Below, one piece after another: positions 19,601 through 28,662 of a stretch of 43,981 bases of DNA (positions within the stretch are counted from its first letter, which is position 1; every line of letters begins with the position of its first letter). The notes below the pieces were generated by a model that was not told the DNA's origin, did not search any database, and was given only the letters and a program-made list of their open reading frames with translations. The position numbers were made by a program, and so were the translations under genes. Source of the stretch: an uncultured Bacilli bacterium (GTDB lineage: Bacteria > Bacillota_I > Bacilli_A > RF39 > UBA660); contig CANRDL010000005.1 in NCBI GenBank assembly GCA_947629405.1, forward strand, positions 1 through 43,981, given 5' to 3'.

Positions 19601-19646
19601 AGAAATACATATCGTACTTATTATACTTACATAATATCATTAGCAA
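16611..19646 (-). CDS. Surface protein (likely start ATG 19586, 991 aa): N-terminal TM, about six cadherin-like beta-sandwich repeats, acidic repeat, Big_2, C-terminal dockerin-like module
   Basis: AGGAGA RBS before 19586; repeated SSDATLKS...AENGTTKTYT; YDINKDNVINGTDY...LNLINPAGIDLND. Confidence 0.85.
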   Translation of the reverse strand: MLMILCKYNKYDMYFLRRYFMKINNKKTNHFKLPLLIVGITLIVGIAIGVGIIFLSSPTKLSNTNYEANAGNGNATIKSLTANGSTNNVKKSGNTYNVNVANNVSKVTIKITTANNKATISEPSGLKDKVQEYDLKAGEPKKKKIRVYSANKKNHQDYELVMTRAKATTSSKPKTSSSKASSTSKPKASSSKVTSSSVGKGNTKISDLTVKDAITGASATVKYNSNNETYSTTVANSISQVKVNVVTKNPKATITEPAGLKGDKAVTWKLEAGKTKTVKIIVKSENGNNKNQYTLKITREAKPKTKSSDATLKSVKIYKTAGYNATTKTGTEVNASWDKSFNKNTISYNIKLPSGVNSIKLVAYPNDNGAIISYPYAMKNNQAEYGFKAGETRTPTIIVTAENGTTKTYTFKITSTSGTSATKYTTDTVRVKSSDATLKSLKVGNKNVSIVKEKYGYDVSVEAGKKTLEVKLNNQYATVLTPSGLRDLNETYTIEANKTKTISLKIQAENGTTKTYTINIKGTKATASSKPKVSSSKVSSSKAASSVGKGNAKISALTVKDAITGASATVKYNSNNDTYSTTVANSISQVKVNVVTKNPKATITEPAGLKGDKAVTWKLEAGKTKTVKIIVKSENGNNKNQYTLKITREAKPKTKSSDATLKSVKIYKTAGYNKITKTGKEIKGDWDKTFNKNKTTYNITLPSGTKDFEIVAYPNDNGAVINKPNGMKNNQAKYTITNKKTIKIAVKAENGTIKDYTFNMTVKGSLSSTIDDKNDDDGEYIEPEEEGNDGDGDYIEPEEENDGDGDYVEPEEENDSDGDYVEPEEDENDDEISLEEIEEEKNTVKKIIVNNEEIKINKGRSTEVVAIVLPGTVTNREVTWETADESIATVDENGMIYGVSAGTTTIIATSVSDPEVQETIDVTINESTVNNTNNINNINNTIDKEKLYDINKDNVINGTDYAIASNIFLNNTQYLNNEKYLEWKNQLNLINPAGIDLNDISSIGHYILYKE
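17161..17325 (-). repeat. About four 39-bp tandem repeats encoding DGDGDY(I/V)EPEEEN
   Basis: tcttcttcaggttcaacataatctccgtcgc-type units repeated in tandem. Confidence 0.9.
17628..19025. repeat. 351-bp internal duplication (17628..17978 and 18675..19025, offset 1047)
   Basis: The copies are identical except one nucleotide (D/E codon); similarity continues for about 40 more bp. Confidence 0.92.
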
Positions 19647-19787
19647 ATAGAAAGTTCAAACATTTATTGACAAATTTTTACGTTATTTACATTTTTTATA
19701 TAAAAATTTTTATTAAAATCCTACTTATTTGTTTATGCAAAATATTATACCTGAATAATTTGAACAATAGCTGTTATATAAAAGTTA

Positions 19788-20045
19788 CTATAATTTATTT
19801 TTTAATATTAAAATTACTAAATAAATTATAACTATTAAAAACATTGCAAAAATTATAATAGCGAAAATATAAAAATTTTTATACTGTAATTTTTGTTTTT
19901 GTTCTTCTTTTATTTCTTTTTTTTCCTCTACTAAAGGTGTTAAAAGAGTTTCATCTGGCTGAGGCATTTTTTCTGTTCGATGTCCACATACTCGACAGTA
20001 AAAATCTTGATCCTTAGTCTTATTAAAACAATATCGGCATATCAT
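19788..20045 (-). CDS. Small zinc-ribbon protein with C-terminal TM
   Basis: CRYC-x10-CRVCG at the N-terminus; hydrophobic C-terminal helix. Confidence 0.75.
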   Translation of the reverse strand: MICRYCFNKTKDQDFYCRVCGHRTEKMPQPDETLLTPLVEEKKEIKEEQKQKLQYKNFYIFAIIIFAMFLIVIIYLVILILKNKL

Positions 20046-20047
20046 TT

Positions 20048-20554
20048 TTACACATCCTTTATTTTTAAATAATAGTTAGAAGTTAAAACACTATCAATTA
20101 AAAAGTCATAATTATTAAGTGAAGATATATATTCATTTATTATTACATACTCACCTTTTTTAAAAATCGTCAATAATATTTCTTCATCATTATTTTCTAA
20201 TAATATATTTTGACCCTCATAATTGTTTTCATTTATTACCTTTTTATCAATATTAGTTATTTTTGTATAATCATAATTATTGACAATTAATTTAGAAATT
20301 TCATTTAAAGATAAATTATTATTATCTAATTTTTTTATATATAAATTCATATTGCTACCATTTTGATGGCTCAATGATATTTTGTCGTTATTTTTATTTT
20401 CTAAATTCCAAAAAGTATTATATTTATAAGTTATATTACTAACAGTAATTGTTTTTAGTCCTTTTACGGAGTTAATATATAATCTTAAAAGTAATATAAT
20501 TATTAAAAAAATAATAATTAACCCTATGATAACTAATTCCTTTTTTCTTTTCAT
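20048..20554 (-). CDS. Membrane-anchored hypothetical protein (possibly PsbP/DcrB-like fold)
   Basis: N-terminal TM; the ITYKY...W beta-rich pattern followed by a C-terminal helix. The fold is a guess. Confidence 0.5.
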   Translation of the reverse strand: MKRKKELVIIGLIIIFLIIILLLRLYINSVKGLKTITVSNITYKYNTFWNLENKNNDKISLSHQNGSNMNLYIKKLDNNNLSLNEISKLIVNNYDYTKITNIDKKVINENNYEGQNILLENNDEEILLTIFKKGEYVIINEYISSLNNYDFLIDSVLTSNYYLKIKDV

Positions 20555-20558
20555 ATAG

Positions 20559-21839
20559 CTACTCCTTACTTATAATAATCGTAGATGAATTTAACATATT
20601 TAAAATCTCTATTTTATAATTATTATTTTGATATATTTCTTTTAAATTAGATGAATTCTGTAATTTAAAACCTTCATCTAAAAGTTTATTAGTATACTTT
20701 AATAAACCACTTAATGAATCTCTAGCTATTTTATTTTCAAATCTAAAAGTAGCTACACCATCTTTTAAATTAGATCTTACTAAATTCATATGCACATTAT
20801 TTTTTAAATCGCCAATTTTTTCATATTCCGTAATATTATCTTTATCATAATTTAAAACAGTTGAATTTTGCGTGCTTATTACATATGATTTTTTTACTTC
20901 CTCATAATCTTTATAATTATTAAAATTTAAATTATTTTTTAAATATTTTAAATTTAAAATTGCTTCATAATTTGAATAACTGACATCGGGTATGGCTATC
21001 CCAACTAGATTATTGTTATTATCAACTATTACTGATGCATAAGAAAAATTATTGTTAACTGATTTAGAAAAAGCAATATCATCATTATTTAAAACTTTTA
21101 TTTTTTTAGAAAACATTTTATAGTTAGTATTATTAGTTATTTGGTTATATGTCCCTTTGGTTAGATTTCCAATATTAAAATAAGTATTATTAATATAATC
21201 TAATTTTAATAAACATAAATCATCATTTATAGTAATAATTCCTTTTATATTAATCGTATTATTATCTTTTAAAATAATAATTTCTTGATTATTATATAAA
21301 GACTCTTTTATAAATTTAGCAGAAGTTAAAATAGTATCATTAGATATAAAAGAACCAAAAGCCATTTTATCAATTTGATTATCTGTATAAGTTTTTAGTA
21401 TAGCAATATTTTGGCTTAAATCATTTGGTACATCAGTTCCTTTATCCTGTAAATATTCTTTTTTTATTATATCAATATCATCAATTTCAGTATTAGTTAT
21501 TTTTAAATTTTTATTAATATGGTATACAAAATTCACACTAGTTTTTTTGTTATTTTTAGTAGCTGAAAATAATTTAACATAAGCCAAATACCCTGAATCA
21601 TAAGGATAAATATTAATAGTTTCTATACCATCATATTTATATCCATTTTTAGAACTATTAAGTTCTTTATAAATAACATTCTTTACATTTTCAATATTGT
21701 TAATATTTCTATTAGCATTTTTGATATTTAAATAATTATTATTTATGGTCATTTTATTTATATTAATATTATCTAAACTAGCTGCTTGAATATTGGGAAT
21801 CATTAAAAATAACATTATTACTAAAACTATTTTTTTCAT
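20559..21839 (-). CDS. Secreted protein with a degenerate trypsin-like domain
   Basis: Signal peptide IQA-A; GSFISNDTILTSAKF (catalytic His lost), DDLCLLKL, SYASVIVDNNNNLVGI (GxSG lost). Confidence 0.55.
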   Translation of the reverse strand: MKKIVLVIMLFLMIPNIQAASLDNININKMTINNNYLNIKNANRNINNIENVKNVIYKELNSSKNGYKYDGIETINIYPYDSGYLAYVKLFSATKNNKKTSVNFVYHINKNLKITNTEIDDIDIIKKEYLQDKGTDVPNDLSQNIAILKTYTDNQIDKMAFGSFISNDTILTSAKFIKESLYNNQEIIILKDNNTINIKGIITINDDLCLLKLDYINNTYFNIGNLTKGTYNQITNNTNYKMFSKKIKVLNNDDIAFSKSVNNNFSYASVIVDNNNNLVGIAIPDVSYSNYEAILNLKYLKNNLNFNNYKDYEEVKKSYVISTQNSTVLNYDKDNITEYEKIGDLKNNVHMNLVRSNLKDGVATFRFENKIARDSLSGLLKYTNKLLDEGFKLQNSSNLKEIYQNNNYKIEILNMLNSSTIIISKE

Positions 21840-22948
21840 TATTTTAATCTCTCCTTTAAAACATTAACTATTTCTAAACTGGCTGGTTTGGCATTATCTT
21901 TATGTAAATAATAATCATGATATGCCTCAGCAATTGTCTCATCATATACATCATTTCTAGCATATTCGGAAATGGAACCTTGAAAATCATTTAACGAAAT
22001 AAAACCATTTTTTACAATATAATTTTCATAGGCTTCATTTAATAATTCTTCCGAAAAAGAGCCAGTTTCTAGTTCTTGATTAACAGCCATTACTGAGTCT
22101 AAATTATCACTAGTAACTAATAGTAATGAATCAATATTATATTTTTTTAGAAGGGCCACAAACGATAAGTAATGTCCTAGTTCATGAGATATAATTGAAT
22201 AATTATCTGCTCCATCAACAAACCAACCTTGTGATGAATCTAATGTTTCTTTTAAGTATTCATCATTTAAATAATAATTACTATTTAAAAGCATTTGGGT
22301 TTTAATAACCCAAGGAAACATTTTAACATTACCCTTGCTATTTACAAATTGAAATACTGGTTTAAAAGAAGCCAAAAAATCATCTTCTTCAGTTGGATTT
22401 ATTAATGTAATATTAGTCATATAACCTTTTGTGTTAGGAAACTCTTGAAAAGTTTCAGCAAATACTTTTTCAACATTTCTAACATACGATGTATTAAATT
22501 CACATAGATTAACTGCGACAATCTGATATTTTTTTTCAATATCATTTTCAATATCATTTATTAAGTTATTACCACACTTTTTTCGCTGTTTTTCACTATC
22601 TTTTATAATGTATTCCTTTGCCTCATCAACTGAAGAAATTTTTTTAAAATTAAACTGATTATCATAAACAACTGAAGTGGAATAATAAGTGAATAAAGAG
22701 GGATCAGCAGTTCCTTTAGTCTCAAAAATTGTATCATTAAAATAAACTGTTGGATTGTTATGAGAAGTAACTGTTAAAAATATAAATATACCAACTATAA
22801 AAATACTTAAAATGGAAAATAAAATTCCTGTATATGGAAGAACATGACTAACTTTTTCTTCTTGTTTTTCTTCTTTTAATTTTGTTCCACAATTAAAACA
22901 ATAATTATCTTTCAAGCTAACCATGGCATTACAATGCTTACAATTCAT
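21839..22948 (-). CDS. Zinc-ribbon + TM + extracellular zincin-like metallopeptidase
   Basis: CKHC-x10-CFNCG; TM; HELGH, ISEYA and ETIAEA (third Zn ligand). Confidence 0.75.
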   Translation of the reverse strand: MNCKHCNAMVSLKDNYCFNCGTKLKEEKQEEKVSHVLPYTGILFSILSIFIVGIFIFLTVTSHNNPTVYFNDTIFETKGTADPSLFTYYSTSVVYDNQFNFKKISSVDEAKEYIIKDSEKQRKKCGNNLINDIENDIEKKYQIVAVNLCEFNTSYVRNVEKVFAETFQEFPNTKGYMTNITLINPTEEDDFLASFKPVFQFVNSKGNVKMFPWVIKTQMLLNSNYYLNDEYLKETLDSSQGWFVDGADNYSIISHELGHYLSFVALLKKYNIDSLLLVTSDNLDSVMAVNQELETGSFSEELLNEAYENYIVKNGFISLNDFQGSISEYARNDVYDETIAEAYHDYYLHKDNAKPASLEIVNVLKERLK

Positions 22949-23010
22949 AAAATCAACCCTTTATTATAATTAAATTATATATTTTTATAAAAATAGTGTC
23001 AAGAAACTTA

Positions 23011-23037
23011 AAAAAAAAAGTTACTTTATAGTAACTT
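23011..23037 (-). terminator. Intrinsic terminator of uvrA
   Basis: AAGTTACT-ATAA-AGTAACTT hairpin followed by a long T-run on the - strand. Confidence 0.7.
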
Positions 23038-23040
23038 AAT

Positions 23041-25842
23041 TTATAAATATTTTTTTAAATATTGGCCAGTATAAGATTCTTTTACTAAAGCAACTTCTTC
23101 AGGAGTTCCCTTAGCAACAATCATGCCACCTCCATCACCGCCATCTGGTCCTAGGTCAATAATATAATCAGCAGATTTTATTATATCTAAATTATGTTCA
23201 ATAACCACTACCGTGTCGCCATTATCCACTATTCTTTTAAATATATCTAAAAGTTTAACTATATCTTCCGAATGAAGACCAGTAGTCGGTTCATCTAAAA
23301 TAAATATACTTTTACCAGTTGGTTTTTTTTGTAATTCTTTAGCAAGTTTAACTCTACCTGCTTCCCCTCCGGAAAGAGTAGGAGCACTTTGACCAAGTTC
23401 AATATATGTTAAACCAACATCCATAATAGTTTGTAATTTTCTTTTTATTTTCGGAACATTTTCAAAAAATTCAATTGCTTCTTCTACTTTCATTGCTAAA
23501 ACATCGGCAATATTTTTTCCTTTATATTTAATATCTAAAGTTTCTTTGTTATATCTTTTTCCATGACATAAATCACAAGGAACATAAACATCTGGTAAAA
23601 AATGCATCTCGATTTTTTTAACACCGTCACCCATGCAGGCTTCACATCTTCCCCCTTTTACATTAAAGGAAAAACGACTTTTATCATAACCTCTTAATTT
23701 GGCTTCTTTAGTATTAACATAAAAATCTCTAATATCATCAAATACCCCGGTATAAGTAGCTGGATTACTTCTTGGTGTCCTTCCAATAGGATCTTGAGAA
23801 ATATATATCGCTTTATCGATATTTTCTAATCCCTTTATTGACTTACACTTTCCCGCCTTTTCTTTTTTATAATATAAATAATTATGTAAATTTTTATATA
23901 AAATTTCATTAATTAAAGAACTTTTCCCAGAGCCAGAAACCCCAGTAACACAAGTAAATGTACCAAGTGGAATATCAACATCAATATTTTTTAAATTATT
24001 TTCACTAGCTTTTCTAATTTTAATAAATTTTTTATTACCTTTTCTTCTCTTTTTTGGAACAGCAATTTTTTTGCGGCCAGATAAATAGGCTCCTGTAATG
24101 CTATCAGGATTTTTCATTACTTCCTCGGGAGTTCCACTAGCAACTAAATATCCACCATTTTTACCAGCAACTGGTCCAATATCAATTAAATAATCAGCTT
24201 GCAGCATCGTATCGATATCATGTTCGACAACAATTAAAGAATTTCCTAAATCTCGCATATTTTTTAAAGAAGCAATTAATTTATCATTATCTTTTTGATG
24301 CAAACCAATTGAAGGCTCATCAAGGACATATAAAACTCCCGTAAGTTGACTACCTATTTGGGTAGCAAGTCTTATACGCTGCGATTCTCCACCTGATAAT
24401 GTACCTGCCTCTCTATCTAATGTAAGATAAGAAAGACCAACATTATCTAAGAAGTTTAATCTACTTAATATTTCTTTAATAATTAATTCAGATATTTTCT
24501 TTTGTTCATTATTTAATTTTAAATTTTCAATAAATTTAATTAATTTTTTTATACTTAACTTTGTAACTTCATAAATATTTTTTTTATTTATTAAAACTGA
24601 TAGAACACTATCTTTTAATCTGGCTCCATGACATTTTTTACAAGGTAATTCAACCATATAAGCATTTAACCATTCTCTAATCCAATTCGAAGATGTTTCT
24701 ATATATCTTCTTTCTAAATTATTTATTACTCCTTCATAATAATCTTCTTGATATCTCACATTTCCATTTTTAGCAACAAACTTAAATTTTATTTTATCTT
24801 TACTACCATAGAATATGATATTTAATTCTTTTTTAGTTAAATTTTTCATTGGTTTATCCATATCGATATTATAAAATTCACAAGTTGTCTTAAGAGAAGT
24901 AAAATAAATATTTTGATCATTAGTTAAAGTTTGAATAGCCCCTTCGTTTATAGATAAATCTTTATTAGGTACAATTAAATCTTCACTAATTTTTAATACA
25001 TTTCCAAGTCCTTTACATTCTTCACAGGCACCAAAGGGAGAATTAAAAGAAAACATTCTCGGTTCCAGTTCAGATAAAGAAAAATCACAATACATACAAG
25101 CATACTTTTCACTCATCATAATTTCTTCATCATTTATTAATATTGTTACATAGCCATTAGACAATTTAGTGGATACTTCTATCGCTTCAAAAATTCTACT
25201 GCGCTCTTCATCAGATAAAATTATTCTATCAATAATTACTTCGATATAATCTTTTTTATTTTTTTCTAAAGTTATTTCTTCAGATAAATCTAAAATTTGC
25301 CCATTTACACGAACTTTAGTATATCCTTCTTTTTGTAAATTTTTAAATAAATCAACATGTGTTCCCTTTTCGCCGCGAACAACAGGTGCCATTATTGTTA
25401 TTTTGGAATCTTTTGGATATTTTAAAACTTTATTAGTCATTTCTTCAATACTTTGACTTTTTATAGGAATATGATGATTGGGACAAGTAGGTGTACCAAT
25501 ACGCGAAAATAAAAGTCTTAAATAATCATAAATTTCTGTTATAGTTCCAACTGTACTACGAGGATTTTTATTAGTTGTTTTTTGGTCAATTGCTATACTT
25601 GGTGATAAGCCTTCAATTAAATCAACATTACTTTTTTTAATGCCCCCTAAAAATTGACGAACATAGGCATTTAAACTTTCCACATATCTTCTTTGGCCTT
25701 CGGCAAAAATAGTATCAAAAGCTAAAGAAGACTTACCAGAACCAGATACTCCAGTTACAACTACTAATTTATTTTTAGGTATTTTTAAATCAATATTTTT
25801 TAAATTATTTTCTCTAGCGCCCTTAATGTTAATATAATCCAT
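23041..25842 (-). CDS. uvrA: Excinuclease ABC subunit A
   Basis: GARENNLKNID, two GVSGSGKSS Walker A motifs, LSGGESQRIRLATQIG, zinc fingers, FSFNVKGGRCEAC. Confidence 0.98.
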   Translation of the reverse strand: MDYINIKGARENNLKNIDLKIPKNKLVVVTGVSGSGKSSLAFDTIFAEGQRRYVESLNAYVRQFLGGIKKSNVDLIEGLSPSIAIDQKTTNKNPRSTVGTITEIYDYLRLLFSRIGTPTCPNHHIPIKSQSIEEMTNKVLKYPKDSKITIMAPVVRGEKGTHVDLFKNLQKEGYTKVRVNGQILDLSEEITLEKNKKDYIEVIIDRIILSDEERSRIFEAIEVSTKLSNGYVTILINDEEIMMSEKYACMYCDFSLSELEPRMFSFNSPFGACEECKGLGNVLKISEDLIVPNKDLSINEGAIQTLTNDQNIYFTSLKTTCEFYNIDMDKPMKNLTKKELNIIFYGSKDKIKFKFVAKNGNVRYQEDYYEGVINNLERRYIETSSNWIREWLNAYMVELPCKKCHGARLKDSVLSVLINKKNIYEVTKLSIKKLIKFIENLKLNNEQKKISELIIKEILSRLNFLDNVGLSYLTLDREAGTLSGGESQRIRLATQIGSQLTGVLYVLDEPSIGLHQKDNDKLIASLKNMRDLGNSLIVVEHDIDTMLQADYLIDIGPVAGKNGGYLVASGTPEEVMKNPDSITGAYLSGRKKIAVPKKRRKGNKKFIKIRKASENNLKNIDVDIPLGTFTCVTGVSGSGKSSLINEILYKNLHNYLYYKKEKAGKCKSIKGLENIDKAIYISQDPIGRTPRSNPATYTGVFDDIRDFYVNTKEAKLRGYDKSRFSFNVKGGRCEACMGDGVKKIEMHFLPDVYVPCDLCHGKRYNKETLDIKYKGKNIADVLAMKVEEAIEFFENVPKIKRKLQTIMDVGLTYIELGQSAPTLSGGEAGRVKLAKELQKKPTGKSIFILDEPTTGLHSEDIVKLLDIFKRIVDNGDTVVVIEHNLDIIKSADYIIDLGPDGGDGGGMIVAKGTPEEVALVKESYTGQYLKKYL

Positions 25843-25881
25843 TTTACCACCTCATTACTTCCTTATTTTACCACGATAAGT

Positions 25882-27579
25882 TTATTTTATTAATAATTTA
25901 TTATTTTTAAATAAATTATTTTTTAAAATAGCAATTTCTTTATCCGAAAGAAAGGAATTATTAGTAATTATTTGTAATAAAAGATCATTATTGTCAATTT
26001 GTAAAATTAAATTGTTTGCAATTGATAAAACTTTTAATCTAGAAATAGTTATTCCTTCTATATCGTAAGTAAAATCATCAATTTTATAATCATTTTCTAA
26101 TTTTTCAACAATTTTGTTATTAAATAGCTTATCATTAATTATAAAACTTCTTGAAAAATTTACATTTTTTGTATCTTTAATTATACATTCATCTAATTCT
26201 TCATCACTTAAATAAAACTTATTACCAGTAAGGATACATTCTTTTAAATTACCTTTTTTATTATATATATTAAAACCAATTTGTTTAGCAATTTTTATTC
26301 TTTTTATAATATTTTCATCTAAAATATTTATAAATTCCGGATGATTTATTAAATAAGAATACATATTTATTTCAATTAAACTATCTATTAAATATACTTT
26401 TCCGTAAACATTTTTATTAATTTTTAATTTATATAACCCACATATTTCCATAATTTTTTGGACATCTTCTGGTTCTAAAAGCAAAATATCTAAATCTTTA
26501 AAATCATAATTTATAGTTTCTAATAAATTCATATTTTTTAATAATTTTTTATAACTAGGTGTCAAACCATTATCATAGACTAATTTTTCTATCATAAATT
26601 CTCCATGATTTTTTATGAATTCCACTGTTAAATGTCCTTTTTCAATATAATGGATAATATTTAGTATAATTTTTTCATTAGAATTTACCAACATGTTAAC
26701 ACCAAAATTAGTATATAACTCATTTTTAAAAGGACTTTTAACAATTAAATTAAGTAAACTAGAAATATTATGAATATCAAAGTATTTTTTTATTATATTT
26801 TTTTGATTATCATCAAAATTATTAAAATTTAAATTATATTTTAAAAATATTTTATCTATTTCATAAATATCATTATCTATAAATTTTTTATTATGTTCGG
26901 AAAATTTCAAATAATAATTTTGATTTAATAAAATTATAGCGCGTAATATTTCATATTCAGCTTCCGGAGAAATATTTTTAAATAAATTCAAATCTATATC
27001 AATAACATCTTTAGGGCCATAACCCAAAATTCTAAATAGTTTATTTATTGCTGCCCATTCTTTTTTTATTTTACTATCATGTTTGTTTTTTTCGTTCTTT
27101 AAAAGCATATATCGTTTTTTTATTTTTTCTTTCTTTTCTTCAATATTTATTTTATTTAAAATTTCTTTAGTAACAAAATTAACACCTTCTGAATATATCG
27201 CTTCTGCCCGTATGTAATCTAAAAAAACATCAAGAGCTTCTTCCAGAAATGGATATTTAATTAGAATTTTTTCTTTAACACTTTGAAAAATTTCTGATGC
27301 AGTTTTAGTATGTTTCAGTATTTCAACAATATATTCTTCAAACATGGTATAAAATTCATTAATTATTTCAATTATTTCATCAAAAGATATATCATTTATA
27401 TAAGTGCGAGAGTATAAAATCAAAAATGCTTTTCTATCAATTTTCATAAATTTTTTAATATCAGAGGAATTAATTTCAGTTTCAAAATTAGCAAAAAATA
27501 ATAATTCTTTTTGATCCTTATATTTAGATTCAAGTAAATCATCAAGATAATTATCTAAAAATTTTTTTAATTTTTCCAT
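25882..27579 (-). CDS. 565-aa all-helical hypothetical protein (start ATG 27579), possible mTERF-like repeats
   Basis: GGCGGTGA RBS inside the end of the upstream gene; 29-nt overlap; no TM; segments such as LINHPEFINILDENIIKRIKIAKQIGF. Confidence 0.7.
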   Translation of the reverse strand: MEKLKKFLDNYLDDLLESKYKDQKELLFFANFETEINSSDIKKFMKIDRKAFLILYSRTYINDISFDEIIEIINEFYTMFEEYIVEILKHTKTASEIFQSVKEKILIKYPFLEEALDVFLDYIRAEAIYSEGVNFVTKEILNKINIEEKKEKIKKRYMLLKNEKNKHDSKIKKEWAAINKLFRILGYGPKDVIDIDLNLFKNISPEAEYEILRAIILLNQNYYLKFSEHNKKFIDNDIYEIDKIFLKYNLNFNNFDDNQKNIIKKYFDIHNISSLLNLIVKSPFKNELYTNFGVNMLVNSNEKIILNIIHYIEKGHLTVEFIKNHGEFMIEKLVYDNGLTPSYKKLLKNMNLLETINYDFKDLDILLLEPEDVQKIMEICGLYKLKINKNVYGKVYLIDSLIEINMYSYLINHPEFINILDENIIKRIKIAKQIGFNIYNKKGNLKECILTGNKFYLSDEELDECIIKDTKNVNFSRSFIINDKLFNNKIVEKLENDYKIDDFTYDIEGITISRLKVLSIANNLILQIDNNDLLLQIITNNSFLSDKEIAILKNNLFKNNKLLIK

Positions 27580-28561
27580 AGTCTTCACCGCCAATAAAAG
27601 ATTTGAGTAATTCATGAAAATTTGTTTCGTTTTCCATAAAAGAATCATCTTGAATATTTTTTAGAATATCATTTTTTTGCATTTCAAAAATATCAGAGAT
27701 ATGTTTTAAATAATTTGCATAATCTTTAGCATTATCACTTTTTTTAATAAAACAAGTTAAAATCATATAAACATCTTGAGAAAGTTGGATATATAAAACT
27801 CTTGATTGATAAAATTTAACTTCCATAATATTAGTTAACTTTTTATTATCTGATCTACCTATTCTTTTTTTATTTATAAAGGTATTATTTTCTATAGATT
27901 TAATTAAATGCTCAAAAGATGGATAAAAATCTTGTGGTATATCTTTAAAATCTTTTTCAATTATATAGTTACCTGATAAAGATTTTAAATAAATAACTTT
28001 ATTAATTTTTTTACTTTCTTTGGTATGAACAATTGTTTTTTCATTTTGAATCCTTTTAATATAATTAATTAATTCAAGAATGTAATTATATTCTTCATCA
28101 AAATCAGTCTCATTTGATTCTTTTTTCATATTATGAATTAATGTAAGATCTTTATATAAAGCAATTAAAATATTATAAATTTCATCATTATTTATTCTTT
28201 TTAAAAACAATTCTAAATCAGTTTTATTCATTTTTTTAATTTCTTCAATTGATTTAGATAATTTAATATTTGTTTTAGATATATTTGGTTTCGAATTTTC
28301 ATTATAAGTTGTTTGTGAATCTTTTTCATTTAAAGGATTTATTTTTATATTTTTATAATAATCGTCTATTTTATTTTTTAAATTTTTTTCTTTATTAGTT
28401 AAACTTAAATTTGATAAATATATTTTTTCAATTAATGGTTTTATTAAATTATAATCTATTCCTAAACTTCTAACATATTCATCAATTGCCTCAATATCAA
28501 TATAATTATTTTCTGATATATTTTCTTCAACGACATCTTTTAATGCTTTAATATTTCCCAT
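27551..28561 (-). CDS. 336-aa protein with a C-terminal RelE/ParE (Gp49/HigB-like) domain
   Basis: VIYLKSLSGNYIIEKDF...IMEVK...RVLY...YMILTCFIKKSD aligns by eye with the Gp49-like consensus (FY...G..PV.EFL...IFELR...RVLY...ILTHGFVKKT). Confidence 0.6.
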   Translation of the reverse strand: MGNIKALKDVVEENISENNYIDIEAIDEYVRSLGIDYNLIKPLIEKIYLSNLSLTNKEKNLKNKIDDYYKNIKINPLNEKDSQTTYNENSKPNISKTNIKLSKSIEEIKKMNKTDLELFLKRINNDEIYNILIALYKDLTLIHNMKKESNETDFDEEYNYILELINYIKRIQNEKTIVHTKESKKINKVIYLKSLSGNYIIEKDFKDIPQDFYPSFEHLIKSIENNTFINKKRIGRSDNKKLTNIMEVKFYQSRVLYIQLSQDVYMILTCFIKKSDNAKDYANYLKHISDIFEMQKNDILKNIQDDSFMENETNFHELLKSFIGGEDYGKIKKIFR

Positions 28562-28635
28562 AAAAAAAATCCCTTCTTTATTAAGTATTTATTATATATG
28601 ATATTTTAAATAATTCAAGAATAAATTAAAATTTA

Positions 28636-28657
28636 AAAACCTAACAATTGTTAGGTA
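28636..28657 (-). terminator. Terminator after the RSH gene
   Basis: Perfect palindrome ACCTAACAATTGTTAGGT followed by T's on the - strand. Confidence 0.6.
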
Positions 28658-28662
28658 AATGA

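Noticed and set aside
8775-19646. True cellulosome or polysaccharide-degrading locus
   Set aside because: No recognisable glycoside hydrolase, lyase, esterase or CBM3 domain and no multi-cohesin scaffoldin.
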